A DNA stretch of 64,000 bases. Origin: Chiloscyllium plagiosum (lineage: Eukaryota). The DNA is taken from positions 67,596,408 through 67,660,407 of the forward strand of contig NC_057718.1 of NCBI RefSeq assembly GCF_004010195.1, given 5' to 3'. A model generated the notes under the pieces. That model was not told where the DNA came from. It made no database searches and saw only the letters and a list, made by a program, of their open reading frames with translations. Of this stretch, positions 1 to 10,699 are shown in pieces; within the stretch, counting starts at the first letter, position 1; each line of letters starts with the position of its first letter. The translations under genes were made by a program, and so were the position numbers.

Positions 1-97
1 AATGTTTGGAGGGATATGGACCAAGCATAGGCATGTGGGACTAGTTTCGTTTGGGATTATGGTTGGTAAGGACTGATTGGACTTAATGACTCTATAT
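1..97 (+). mobile_element. CR1/HER1 LINE 3' end
   Basis: gagggatatggaccaag...gggactag...gactctat matches the CR1 tails elsewhere in the window. Confidence 0.7.
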
Positions 98-639
98 AAT
101 TCTATTAATTAAAATTCTAATTACCTTCAGACAGGGAAAAACACATGGATGGAGGGGGAAAGTACTGGAGAGACAATTCAATAGTCTTTGCTCCTAAGTT
201 CTGCTGAGTTGGTTCTTGCTGATTCGAACGTTTTTTCCTGACTTCCATTTTTCAGCAATTCTACTAGTTCGCGAGAGGCACAGGGTGTTGGTTCCCTTTT
301 AAGATACTTGTGATCTATCTATTAAAAATCACAGCTTACAGCAATTGCTAAAGGTAATATTATTTTTTTCTGGTTTGAAGTGAGTTTTAGTTGCAAAGAA
401 CAGACAAACCTTTCAGTGATTTTAAATGTTACTGTCCAATCTACATATAACCTGGTCACTTGAATATGTTGTATCAATCTGGATTGTAATTAAAGGTGGA
501 CCTTGAATTGGCACATGGAACTTGTAGAGTGCTTGTACAGTTCAAAATGTCAGACTTCAGCAGTATTGTTTAGACTATAAATTTTGAGGAAAGGATATAT
601 AGAGTTTTAGGAATGTTCTCTTTGCCCAGTGGAGTGTTC

Positions 640-1445
640 TGAGATTGTTGACTGAGCTGGTAAGTTTGTTTGCAGATATTTCATCACCAAACTAGGTAAT
701 ATCATAAGTGCGCCTCCAGTGAAGCATTGGTGTTCTGTCCTGCGTGCTATTTATGTGTCCTGGTTTGCTGAGGTGGGTGGTATCATTTCCAGTTTTGTTT
801 CTTAGTGGTTGGTATATGGGGTCCAACTCTACATGTTCGTTAATGGTGTTCTAGGTTGAGTGCAAGGCCTCCAGGAATCCCCTAACATAGCTTTGTTTGG
901 CCTGTCCTAGGATGGATATGTTGTCCCAGTCGAATTGGTGTCCTTCTTTATCTATGTGTATGGACATAAGTGATTATTGACCATGTCTCTTGGTGGCTAT
1001 GTAAAGACTGCCAGAAACATTACATAGGGCAAACCAGAAGAAAACTAACCATCAGGGTACACGAACACCAATTGGACACTAAGAGATATGATCTACTATC
1101 ACTTATTTCCAAATACACAGATGAGGATGGACACCAATTCAAATAAAGACATGTACAGGAATTCCTGGAGGCCTGGCACACAACCCGGAGCTTCATTAAC
1201 AAAAATATAGAGTTATACCCCATATACCAACTCCAAAGAAACAAAACTGGAAATGATACCCACCTCAGCAAACTGGGACACATAAATAGCAAGCGGGACA
1301 GAACACCAATGTTTCATCGGAGGTGCACTGATGATGTTACCTAGAATGGTGATGAAACAACTGCAAATTAGCTTACCAACTCAGCAAGCAAATCAACAAC
1401 CTCATCCACAACCTGAGCTACAAATCTTTCCAAGAACTTCAAAGT
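640..1445. mobile_element. Penelope-like element family B, inverted arrangement (minus arm ~640-1000, plus arm ~1000-1445)
   Basis: Plus arm encodes C..C..HYIGQTRRKL..RVHEH and EFLEAWH (GIY-YIG C-terminus). Minus arm encodes HQFDWDNISILGQAK..DPIYQPL. The arms are diverged reverse complements. Confidence 0.85.
1325..1364 (+). ncRNA. Degenerate minimal hammerhead motif (family B)
   Basis: GCA-CUGAUGA-U-GUUACC-uagaau-GGUGAU-GAAA-caac-UGC; reverse copy at 672-711. Confidence 0.6.
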
Positions 1446-1788
1446 TTCTGGGTCATAGAGTCACAGAGATGTACAGCACGGAAACAGACCCTTCGGTCCA
1501 ACCTGTCCATGCCGAGCAGATAGCCTAACCTAACCTAGTCCCATTTACCAGCACTTGGCCCATATCCCTCCAGCCCCTTCCTATTCATATTCCCATCCAG
1601 ATGCCTTTTAAATGCTTTAATTGTACCAGCCTCCACCACTTCCTCTGGCAGCTCATTCCATACACGGATCACCCTCTGCGTGAAAAGGTTGCCCTTTAGG
1701 TTCCTTTTAAATTTTTCCCCTCTCATCCTGAACTTATACTCTCTAGTTTTGGACTCCCCCACTCCAGGGAAAACATCTTGTCTATTTA

Positions 1789-2024
1789 GAGCTGAAAATG
1801 TGTTGCTGGAAAAGCGCAGCAGGTCAGGCAGCATCCAAGGAGCAGGAGAATTGACGTTTCGGGCATGAGCCCTTCTTCAGGAAGAAGCCCTTCCTGAAGA
1901 AGGGCTCATGCCCGAAACGTCGATTCTCCTGCTTCTTGGATGCTGCCTGACCCGCTGCGCTTTTCCAGCAACACATTTTCAGCTCTGATCTCCAGCATCT
2001 GCAGTCCTCACTTTCTCCTAGAAG
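1789..2024. mobile_element. Short PLE-derived (family A) inverted-repeat element with two hammerhead motifs
   Basis: Arms ~1788-1883 and 1891-1986 are near-perfect reverse complements. 14-bp TSD atcttgtctattta at 1775-1788 and 2025-2038. Confidence 0.9.
1891..1925 (+). ncRNA. Minimal type I hammerhead motif (family A)
   Basis: UUC-CUGAAGA-A-GGGC-ucau-GCCC-GAAA-CG-UC-GA; predicted cleavage after C1921. Helix I is only ~2 bp; activity untested. Confidence 0.65.
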
Positions 2025-4361
2025 ATCTTGTCTATTTACCCTTTCCATGCCTCTCATGATTTTATAAACCACTGTAAAGTCACTCTTCAGTCTTCAACAC
2101 TCCAGGGAAAACAGCCGCTGTAGCTTAAGTCCTCCAACTTTGGCAACATCCGTGTAACATATAAAGGTACAAAATTGTTAGACTCTTTTCAATACATAAT
2201 TATGTGATCATGAATTATTTTATGAAGTTTGCACTTTTCTATGTTATAACACAATTTATGTAGCCCAGACATCCAAAAATGTATTAATAATCTAATTTGG
2301 GATCACTTTTTTTTTAAATCAAACAAAATATGAGATCCGATACTTACTAAGAGGACTGCATGGTCTTGAACAAGTAACGATAACATTTATTATGTAAAGG
2401 GGAACAGTAATATAAATACTATATACAATTTATGTTCTAACATTTAAAATTAACCAGAGGTAAATATGGGTAACATCTCATAAGGCAAGTAGCAAATGCA
2501 ATGAGGACAGGTGACATGATTTCTCAGTAACCCCTCCACATATCCGTGATACTGTGGGCCACCAAATCTCATTAGAACTTTATAAGGAATTCCAATTCTT
2601 CACTAATGAAGACCTAATTTTGTAACTCCCTCAAGTGCTGCTCTGTCATGTACTGCCTCAATTATGGCTCATATTCTGGTAATTCACTATCCTCACTGGA
2701 ACTGTGTACCCCAGATTCTGAAAACTGCATTCCAGCATCTACTCAGAGGCACAATTTCAGCTTGTATGCAGACAGATGACTTCATGAAGTTTTTATCATA
2801 TTGTTTCTCTGAACTCTAATCTTGCTTAGTTGCACAAAGTGAATTCTGCTTGTGGTCTTTCTTTACTCTGACTCCCAGTTGCATTGACCTGGCGTGGTGA
2901 TGTGCTTCACAGTGGTGGCTTCAGTGACAGGTGAGTCCATGAAGTGACGACTGCAGCAAATTTGGCTGCATGGTGGTCAGCTTGGGATTCAGCAGCTTCG
3001 AGGTTGGCATTTTGCAGTGGTGGAGAATATGGTTCCTGTCTTTTCCTCAACATTGGAAACCGATGAATTGTAAATTGAACAAGGATAAATGTTGTCTTTT
3101 TTGTAATATATGATCTCTATTATTAATTTAGGTATCAGAATATAGCAACTTAAACACTTTTCACTGTATTTTTGTAAACATACAAGTGATAACAAATTAT
3201 TATTCAATTCTATTAATGGTACATGACTTTTCCTGAACCCTAATCTTCACACTCCACTACATCTCCTGGCTCCCCAGACTTCTCCTGAGTCTGACAGTGT
3301 TCGAGACTAAAACATTAGTATATTTTTAGAATAGAGCCTCTTAGAACCCAAGTCTGATTCTCTGTGCAACTGCCTAAAATTCAGTAACCCTTGAACTTTT
3401 CTGAGTGATCAATTGCAAGACCTACAAGGGATTGAATTTAGCAACTCAACAATCAAATGTAGCAACCCCTTGAAACTATCTGTTCCCTTAATGTTACAAA
3501 TCACAGATTGCTGGCTCCTACACAGATCAAATGGATACAACAAAAAAATGAATTCACCATGTCCTATCATCATTGTTGTGCTATTTGACCTACTTTGATT
3601 CCTAGTCAGGCAATGCCTTGAAGTTAAAATTGTTGTTCTTGTTTTTAAATCCCTCCAAAACTTCACCTCTCCTTATCTCTGAAACTCATCCAGCCATTAC
3701 ACTGTCCAAGATCCCCAGATTCCTCTAATTCCATTCTCTTGTGCATTCCTTACTTCCATTAGTCCACATTCATGGAATCATACAGTAAAAAAAGACCCAT
3801 TGAGTCTGCGCTGACAAAAAGCTACTCTAAATCTATACAGTCCCACTTTCAAACACTTGACCCATAACCTTGAATGTTTCAAATGCTCATCCAAGTACTT
3901 TTTAAAGGTTGTGAGATCCCCTGCCTCTACTACCTGCCAAGGCAGTACATTCAGATTCCCACCATCTCATGTTTGAAAATCTGTTTCCTTCAATCTCCTC
4001 TAAACCTCCTATTTTTCACCTGAAAATTATTCCCCCTTGCATTGATCCTTCAACTAAAGAGAACAGCTGTTTTCTATCCATTCTGCCCATGCATATCATA
4101 ATCTTCTAAACCTCAATCAAATCCTCTCTCATCCTTCTCTGCTCTGAAGAAAGCAACCCCATCTTATCCAGACTGTCATCAGAACTAAAATGCTCTATCC
4201 CAGGCACCATCCAAGAGTAACTCCGTTGCATCCCCTCCATTGCAATCGTATCCTTCTGATGGTTTGGAGACCAGAAATGCACACAGCACTCCAATGTCTG
4301 GTCTCCTTCTAACTGAACTCCTATACAGCTCCAACATAACCTCCTTGCTCTTATAATTTAT

Positions 4362-5200
4362 AGGCAAAAGTGAAGACTGCAGATGCTGGAAAACAGAGTT
4401 TAGATCAGAGTGGTGCTGGAAAAGCACAGCAGGTCAGGCAGCATCCGAGGAACAGGAAAATCAACATTTTGGGCAAAACCCCTTCATCAGGAATAGAGGC
4501 AGGAAGCCTCCAGGGTGCAGAGATAAATGGGGGGACTGGGGAGAAGGTAGCAAAGAGTACAATAGGTGAATGGGAGTGGGGATGGAGGTGATAGGTCAGA
4601 GGGGAGGGTAGAGCGGATACGTGGGAAGGGAGATTGGCAGGTAGGACAGGTCATGAGGACTGTGCTGAGCTGGAAGGTTGGAACTGGGGTAAGGTAGGGG
4701 GAGGGGAAATGAGGAAACTGGTGAAGCCCACATTGGTGCCCTGGGGTTGAAGTGTTCCGAGGCGGAAGATGAGGCGTTCTTCTTCCAGGCATCGGGTGGT
4801 GAGGGAGCGGCGGTGAAGGAGGCCCAGGACCTGCATGTCCTCGGCAGAGTGGGAGGGGGAGTTGAAATGTTGGGCCATGGGGTGAATGTGGTTGATTGGT
4901 GCGGGTGTCCCAGAGATGTTCCCTGAAGCACTCTGCGAGAGGCGTCCAGTCTCCCCAATGTAGAGGAAACCGCATTGGGAGCAACGGATACAATAAATGA
5001 CATTCACCTATTGTACTCCTTGCTACCTTCTCCCCAGCTCCCACCACCTCCCCACCCCCCCACCACCACCATTTATCTCTCCACCTTGGAGGCTTCCTGC
5101 CTCTATTCCTGATGAAGGGCTTTTGCCTGAAACATCAATTTTCCTGCTCCTCGGATGCTGCCTGACCTCCTGTGCTTTTCCAGCACCACTCTGATCTAAA
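4362..5200 (-). mobile_element. Penelope-like element family A, 5'-truncated, with an inverted terminal copy (~5003-5200)
   Basis: NVIYCIRCSQCGFLYIGETGR (GIY-YIG endonuclease). 14-bp TSD ctcttataatttat at 4348-4361 and 5201-5214. Degenerate hammerheads at ~4462-4494(-) and ~5105-5137(+). Confidence 0.92.
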
Positions 5201-5609
5201 CTCTTATAATTTATGTCATGACCGATAAGACAAGTATCTCACATGCCTTCTTAAGTACCCTATTAATTTGACCTGCCACTTCAGGGATCTGTGGACAAGC
5301 ATCCCAAAATTCTTCTGTTTCTCTGAACCTCCTAGTATCCTGCCATTCATGAACACTCCCTTGTGTTCTTACCTCTTTTAAAGTGCATCACCTCACATTT
5401 ATCGGGGTAAAATTCCATCTGCCACTGGACTGCCAATCTGACCAATCTGTCTATATCTTCTTGTAACCTAAGATCTTCTTCCTCATTGTCAATCACCCAG
5501 CCACCTCATGTCATCCACAAACTTACTTACCACCCGCCCACATTTTCCCATATATATCATGAACAATAAGGGGGAACCTGCACTGATCTCTGTGGTAAGG
5601 TAAACTCTC

Positions 5610-5805
5610 AAAAGCTCTATCAGTCCACAGGAGTGTTTCGAGAGAGATGGTGGTTTAACCTGTGGGTCATCTCACCTCAGGCGAGGGGAGATGTTGAGAA
5701 GGAGAGACTTTCATGGTAACCTCAGCCAATTTAGGAATTCAACCAATACTGTTGTCATCATTCTGCATTACAAGCTAGCTATATAGTCAACTGAGCTAAC
5801 CGACA
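5610..5805 (-). mobile_element. tRNA-derived SINE (second copy ~14216-14420)
   Basis: Minus strand starts ggttagctcagttg (A-box-like); both loci share ggtggtttaacctg. Confidence 0.6.
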
Positions 5806-6107
5806 ACACCTCCCCGCCCCGAACTCCCTGGTGCTGCACTGTACACTGGCCTCCAGTCACACAAATAGCGTTCTCCCACTATCCTCTGTCTCCTACCATA
5901 AGCCAAATTCGGATCGGTCGCAATTTGCTCTAAATCCCATGTATTTACCTGTTTCATCAGTTGCCTACATAGGATCTTGTCAAAAGCCTTTCTGAAGTCC
6001 ATATATACTACATCAACTGCATATTGACAGAAATGCCTTTAGCTGCCCAAGGCCCTATAGGTATGTTCTAATCATACTGTTGAACCAACCTGTTCAGAGA
6101 TAGAATT

Positions 6108-8050
6108 GTAGTGGACAGCGAAGAAGATTACCTCAGATTACAATGTGATCTTGATCAGATGGCCGCAATTTCCCCACCCATGTGGTTGAAGATGCCCTCC
6201 AATGCATCTCATCCATGTCCCGCACCTCCGACATCAAACCCTACCCCTCTAACCGCAACAAGGACAGAACCCCCCTGGTGCTCACCTTCCACCCTACCAA
6301 CCTCTGCATAAACTGCATCATCCACCGGCATTTCCACCACCTACAAACAGACTTCACCACCAGGGATATATTTTCCTCCCTACCCCTATCCGCTTTCCGC
6401 AAAGACTGTTCCCTCCGTGACTACCTGGTCAGATCCACGCTCCCCAACAATCCACCCTCCCCTCCTGGCACCTTCCCCTGCCAACGCAGGAATTGCAAAA
6501 CCTACGCCCACACCTTCCCCCTCACTTCCATCCAAGGCCCCAAAGAAGCCTTCCACATCCATTAAAGTTTCATCTGCACTTCCATAAATGTCATTTATTG
6601 CATCCGTTGCTCCCGATGCGGTTTTCTTTACATTGGGGAGACTGGATTCCTTCTCGGAGAGCGCTTCAGGGAACACCTCTTTGACACCTGCACCAATCAA
6701 CCCCACTACCCCGTGGCCGAACATTTCAACTCCCCCTCCCACTCTGCTGAGGACATGCAGATCTTGGGCCTCCTCTACTGCCATTCCCTCACCATCTGCA
6801 CCTGGAGGAAGAACGTCTCATCTTCAATCCCAGGGCATCAATGTGGACTTCACCAGTTTCCTCATTTCCCTTCCCCCCCACCTTTCCAATGTTCGAAACT
6901 TCCGGCTCAGCCGCATCTTTATGACCTATCCCACATGTCAATCTTCCTTCTCACTTATCCGCTCCACCCTCCTCTCTGACCTCTCACCTTTATCCCCACC
7001 TCCATCCACCTATTGAACTCCCAGTTATGTTCTCCGCAGCCCCACACCCTCCCATTTATCTCTCCACCCCAGAGGCTTCCAGCCTCATTCCTGATGAAGG
7101 GCTCCTACCTGAAACATCGATTTTCCTGCTCCTCAGATGCTGCCTGACCTGCTGTGCATTTCCAGCACCACTCTAATCTTGACTCTAATTTCCAGCATCT
7201 GTGGTCCTCACTTTCGCCTCTTGATCAGATGGGCCAATGGGCTGAGGAGTGGCAGATGGAGTTTAATTTAGATTAATGTGAGATGCTGCACTTTGGAAAA
7301 ACTTATATACTTCATGGTAAGGTCCTCATGAGTGTTGCTGAACAAAAAGACCTTGGAGTGCAGGTTTATTGTCCCTTGAAAGTAGAATTGCAGGTAGATA
7401 GGATAGTGAAAAAGGCATTTGGTGTTTTCCTTTAATGGTCAGAGCATTGAGTATAGGAGTTGGGAGGTCATGTTGCAGTTGTACAGGGCACTGGATAGGC
7501 TACTGTTGGAATATTGCATGCAATTCTGGTCTCCTTTCTATTAGAAGGACGTTTTGAAACTTGAAAAGGTTTAGAGGAGATTTTTAAGGATGTTGCCGAG
7601 TTGGAGGATTTGAGCTATAGGGAGAGGCTGAATCGGCTGGGGCTGTTTTCTCTGGAGTATTGGAGACTGAAGGGTGACTTTACAGAGGTTTATAAAATCA
7701 TGAGGGGCATAGATAGGATGAATAGACAAAATCTTTTCCCTGGGGTCGGGGAGTACAGAACTAGAGGGCATAGGTTCACGGTGAGAGGGGAAAGGTATAA
7801 AAGAGACCTAAGGAGCAACTTTTTCATGCAGAGGGTGATGTGTGTATAGAATGACCTGCCAAAGGAAGTAATGGAGGCTGGTACAATTATAGCATTTAAA
7901 AGGCATCTGGATGGGTATATGAATAGGAAGGGTTTACAGGGATACGGGCCAAGTGCTGGCAAATGAGACTAGATTGGATTAGGAAAACTAGTCGACATGG
8001 GCGAGTTGCATCTGAAGGGTTTGTTTCCATGCTATACATTTCTATGACTG
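6108..8050 (+). mobile_element. CR1/HER1 LINE 3' ~0.9 kb with a nested PLE
   Basis: DSEEDYLRLQ.DLDQ and LSYRERLNRLGLFSLE..RL.GD..EVYKIMRG motifs; ctctatgac tail. Confidence 0.92.
6163..7218 (+). mobile_element. Penelope-like element family A, 3' ~1 kb
   Basis: RTPLVLTFHP..PGTFPC.RRNCKT and frameshifted VIYCI.C..YIGET. 14-bp TSD tcttgatcagatgg at 6149-6162 and 7219-7232. Degenerate hammerhead at 7087-7120. Confidence 0.92.
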
Positions 8051-9186
8051 TCATTACAGGTCTTAAAGACCCTGCTAAATAGATTTATCCTTTTGCTCTT
8101 TTTCCACTTCAAGGTGTTTCTTAAAACCTATCACTGATAAAACTTTTAGTTACCATCCCTATTATCACCTTATGTTTCTTGATGCCAAATTTTGACTGAT
8201 AACACCCCTACGGTATGTCTTAGGATATTTTAATATGCCTAAAGTGTTATAGACTTCCAGTAAGCAACAGTTAAAAATGTTATACAAATTTATGAAAAAG
8301 TTGATATATTAAGAAGAAATCTGCCAAAATATAGAGATATTCCAATTTACAATGGATTTTTTCTTTCATTCTTTGACCTTTTGACATTATTAATTTTGTT
8401 TTTACAAAAATGTCATGGACATGGAAGAAATTGTTTGTTTGTTGTTTTATACTTCCTGAAATGTATTCTGTAGCAAAAGGCTGTTTTTTGTATAGCAGTA
8501 TGAGCAATGACAACTTGCAAGCTGTCGGAGTAACGAGAATCTCTTTAAATGCCTCATATCAGCGAGGGACAGAAGATGTTAATGATTATTGACTGTAAAT
8601 AATGTATGATTTAAATGTATTCAGCTTTAAATTGCATTGGAGAGTCCGATACAAGAAGATGTTATTTTATTTTTATGATCTTTAGAAGTTAAATTGTGCT
8701 GTCTAAGCAATTACTTCCGCGCTGCAGCCAGAAGTACACAGCAAACCATAATGTGGTTGTTTGAAGGGATTAGTTTCCTCCCTCCGAAAAGATACTACCC
8801 GTCTTGTTGTTAATTTCATTATTTGTTTAAATTCAATGAAATCACTGCGCACCTTATTTAGAATAATGTGTATGAAACATTTGTGCGCGTCATCAATCCA
8901 TCGATTTGAATTGAAATGCCTTTTCTTTGCCCTTTGCCTCTGTTGATCGAATTTCAGATCAGCCAGGATTTGCAACTAACCTTCCGGCATAACTGAACCC
9001 AACTGACGCTGAGAGACATAAAGATCAAAAAGACTGCTACATCTATTTTATTTCGTACAAAAGCTCGCTGGGTCATTATTGCAAACTTAAAAAAATTGCA
9101 ATAAGTGTTTCTTTTGCAAACGCCTGAATTGTTTGATTACAAATTGGGAAAACGAAGAACAAAAGGGACATATCTTTTACACAGGG

Positions 9187-9196
9187 CTGACGTCAG
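9187..9196. promoter_or_regulatory. Palindromic CRE (CREB/ATF) site CTGACGTCAG
   Basis: Exact TGACGTCA at 9188-9195 in repeat-free DNA 1.5 kb upstream of the ATG. Function untested. Confidence 0.4.
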
Positions 9197-10699
9197 TTCG
9201 AATTTACTGACAACTATTGATGCGTGTGAAGCAATTGCAAGCAACTCCCTTTCATTAGGTAAATGAAAAAAACTGATAGGATCTCAGTGAAAACTTCTGA
9301 AATGGGATTCAGTATCTGAATACACCAAATGGAAATAAATAACACCAACCATTTTCAGATTAAAAATAATGCAATTTCAAATTTGTTTTCAATGTAAAAA
9401 GCCCTCCAGAGGGAGTGTATAGGAACAGCAAATAGGCACTGAGCAGAGTAGAGAATGCTTCAACCTAGGAATGTTGTTCATTACACTGAAGGAAAGGACA
9501 CATTAGAGAAAATAGTCCGTGCTATTTTTCCTTGATTTTTCTTAATCCTCATCCTCAGATGTGAGTTGCCACACAAGTCGGGGATAAGTGGTTTTTGTAG
9601 GAATTTTTTTTGCTGGCTGAGTTTTGATTCGGATGCTGGGTGATGTGTATAAGTTAATAGCGTAAGGATCCAGTGATCCTGTGATTATGTCTAACTCTGA
9701 GGCTAGAGAGAAATAGATTGAACCCGGGGCAAGGAGAGAGGCAAGAACTGGACTGGATCATTATGGCACACCATGAAAGGAGACACAGGTCATGCTTGGA
9801 AATGAAATAATAAAAAGAAATTGGTCTAAAACAATATTTTACTAATGTTACTTGCAACAAGTATTGAGAGTATGTAATAAACCTATTCGATTGTTTTCAA
9901 AACAAAATAGGTTAGGTAGGTAATCAACTACCATATGAAGACAATGATGCTTTTTAAAATGGGAAACTAGTTTTGAATTAGTTGATAACAAGAGCATTTT
10001 GTTTGATGGGTCAATTTTATAATATTTCAACATTAAGATACATTTAACACAAGTTATTTTTACAAAATTAAAATAAATAGCAACATAAGATACATTTGTT
10101 ATTCTTTGGACAAATAAATAGGATTGCCATATTAAAAGTTGAAAATTGCAATGACTTAAAATATACAAAAACGCTCTGTACAATTTTATGGTGTTATAAA
10201 TATTAACAGGTTAGGAAATTAGAACTCATGTTTTTAAACGAGATAGAAAGTAAAACATCATTTTAAAGGCCAATACATTAGATTGTGGAGTAAGTGAGAG
10301 ATATAGGCTCCAGCCCGTGTTTTCGTGTTGATGTGCAGTAATCAGAGGAATGGATAATAGTTGTTGGAGTCCTCATGCCATGCTGGGCCAGAGGCTCAGC
10401 TAGACATGTATTTACCCATATCCGGGTTAGAGAGGAAAGGAAAGTTTGATTTTTAAAACAGATCTGGAGAAACTTTTCTACCTATTTAAAAAAGAGGAAT
10501 AGAAAATAGAATTTAATATATTATTATAATCACCATGCAACAAAAGAAAGTGTGAGCCTATTTTTCTTTTGCTTTCAAACTGGAGGAGGACAAGTTTTTT
10601 TTCCCCTTTTAATAATATTTAATGATCGGGTGTAAAAGGAAGAGAAGAAGCAGACGTGTCTGTCTCTCCCTGCTCTCTGACTGATTTTCTGAGAGATGA

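Larger units (their letters stand above)
1452..2155 (-). mobile_element. CR1/HER1 LINE 3' fragment interrupted by a PLE-derived palindrome
   Basis: FFTQRV..WNELPEEVVEAGTI..FKRHLD-like ORF2 C-terminus (1535-1834) and ctctatgac-type tail. Confidence 0.9.
3770..6020 (-). mobile_element. Older CR1 LINE fragments interrupted by a PLE and a SINE
   Basis: ECCVHFWSP..KD..AMEGMQR and DFRKAFDK motifs in minus-strand ORFs. Confidence 0.8.

Noticed and set aside
1789..2024. DNA-transposon MITE or pre-miRNA reading of the hairpin
   Set aside because: The arms match the PLE 3' terminus, the element is asymmetric, and single-arm copies exist with their own TSDs.
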